A program made the position numbers and the translations under genes. DNA of 64,000 nt from Botryllus schlosseri (lineage: Eukaryota): the NCBI GenBank assembly GCA_051294905.1, contig CM119378.1, positions 3,598,001-3,662,000 on the forward strand, read 5' to 3'. Below, in pieces: positions 63,857 through 64,000 of the stretch. Under the pieces are notes generated by a model. That model saw only the letters and a program-made list of their open reading frames with translations, was not told where the DNA came from and did no database searches. Numbering within the stretch: position 1 is the first letter of the stretch; every line of letters begins with the position of its first letter.

Positions 63857-64000
63857 TAGGGGTCACCAGCCTTTTTGCAACCGAGGGCTACTTTTGCGTA
63901 CTGATTGAAGCGGCGGGCTAGCATTTACTCCCGTCATTTACCCGCCCCGCACTGAATTTCCGCTTTGATATTCATAGCACTGGGCAGGAATCACATGGTG
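63857..64000. mobile_element. Left end of a hAT-like element running off the window
   Basis: TAGGGGTCACCAGCCTTTTTG...GAGGGCTACTT...GCGGGCTA is typical of hAT/Charlie MITE termini; the other end is not visible. Confidence 0.5.

Noticed and set aside
276..63921. Most remaining 60-160 aa ORFs in the supplied track
   Set aside because: They lie within non-coding MITEs or antisense to TE genes, are not kept open between repeat copies, and show no protein motifs.

Overview
AT-rich eukaryotic (metazoan) genomic DNA. The repeat content and intron style suggest a marine invertebrate, possibly an ascidian, but this is not proven. The window is dominated by nested transposable elements. (1) A structurally complete but decayed Ty3/Gypsy LTR retrotransposon lies on the minus strand (7478-12831; 215-bp LTRs; AGTAG target-site duplication, TSD). 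It has no tRNA primer-binding site. In its place is a 17-nt sequence perfectly complementary to its own LTR, suggesting self-primed reverse transcription. (2) About three head-to-tail copies of an old ~6-kb unit span ~6.9-43.7 kb. Each copy is inflated by different insertions (many hAT MITEs with 8-bp TSDs, a TA-TSD MITE, a TTAA element, a Chapaev3-like element, SINEs), so filled and empty sites can be compared inside the window. (3) A multi-exon, highly divergent TGF-beta-superfamily ligand gene lies on the + strand (45066-57368). The ORF track misses it, and its first-cysteine region is unresolved or frameshifted. (4) There are fossils of an R4-like non-LTR endonuclease, hAT transposases, a two-gene PIF/Harbinger element and a second Gypsy integrase. 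All coordinates and alignments were read by eye; family names come from recalled motifs, not database searches.
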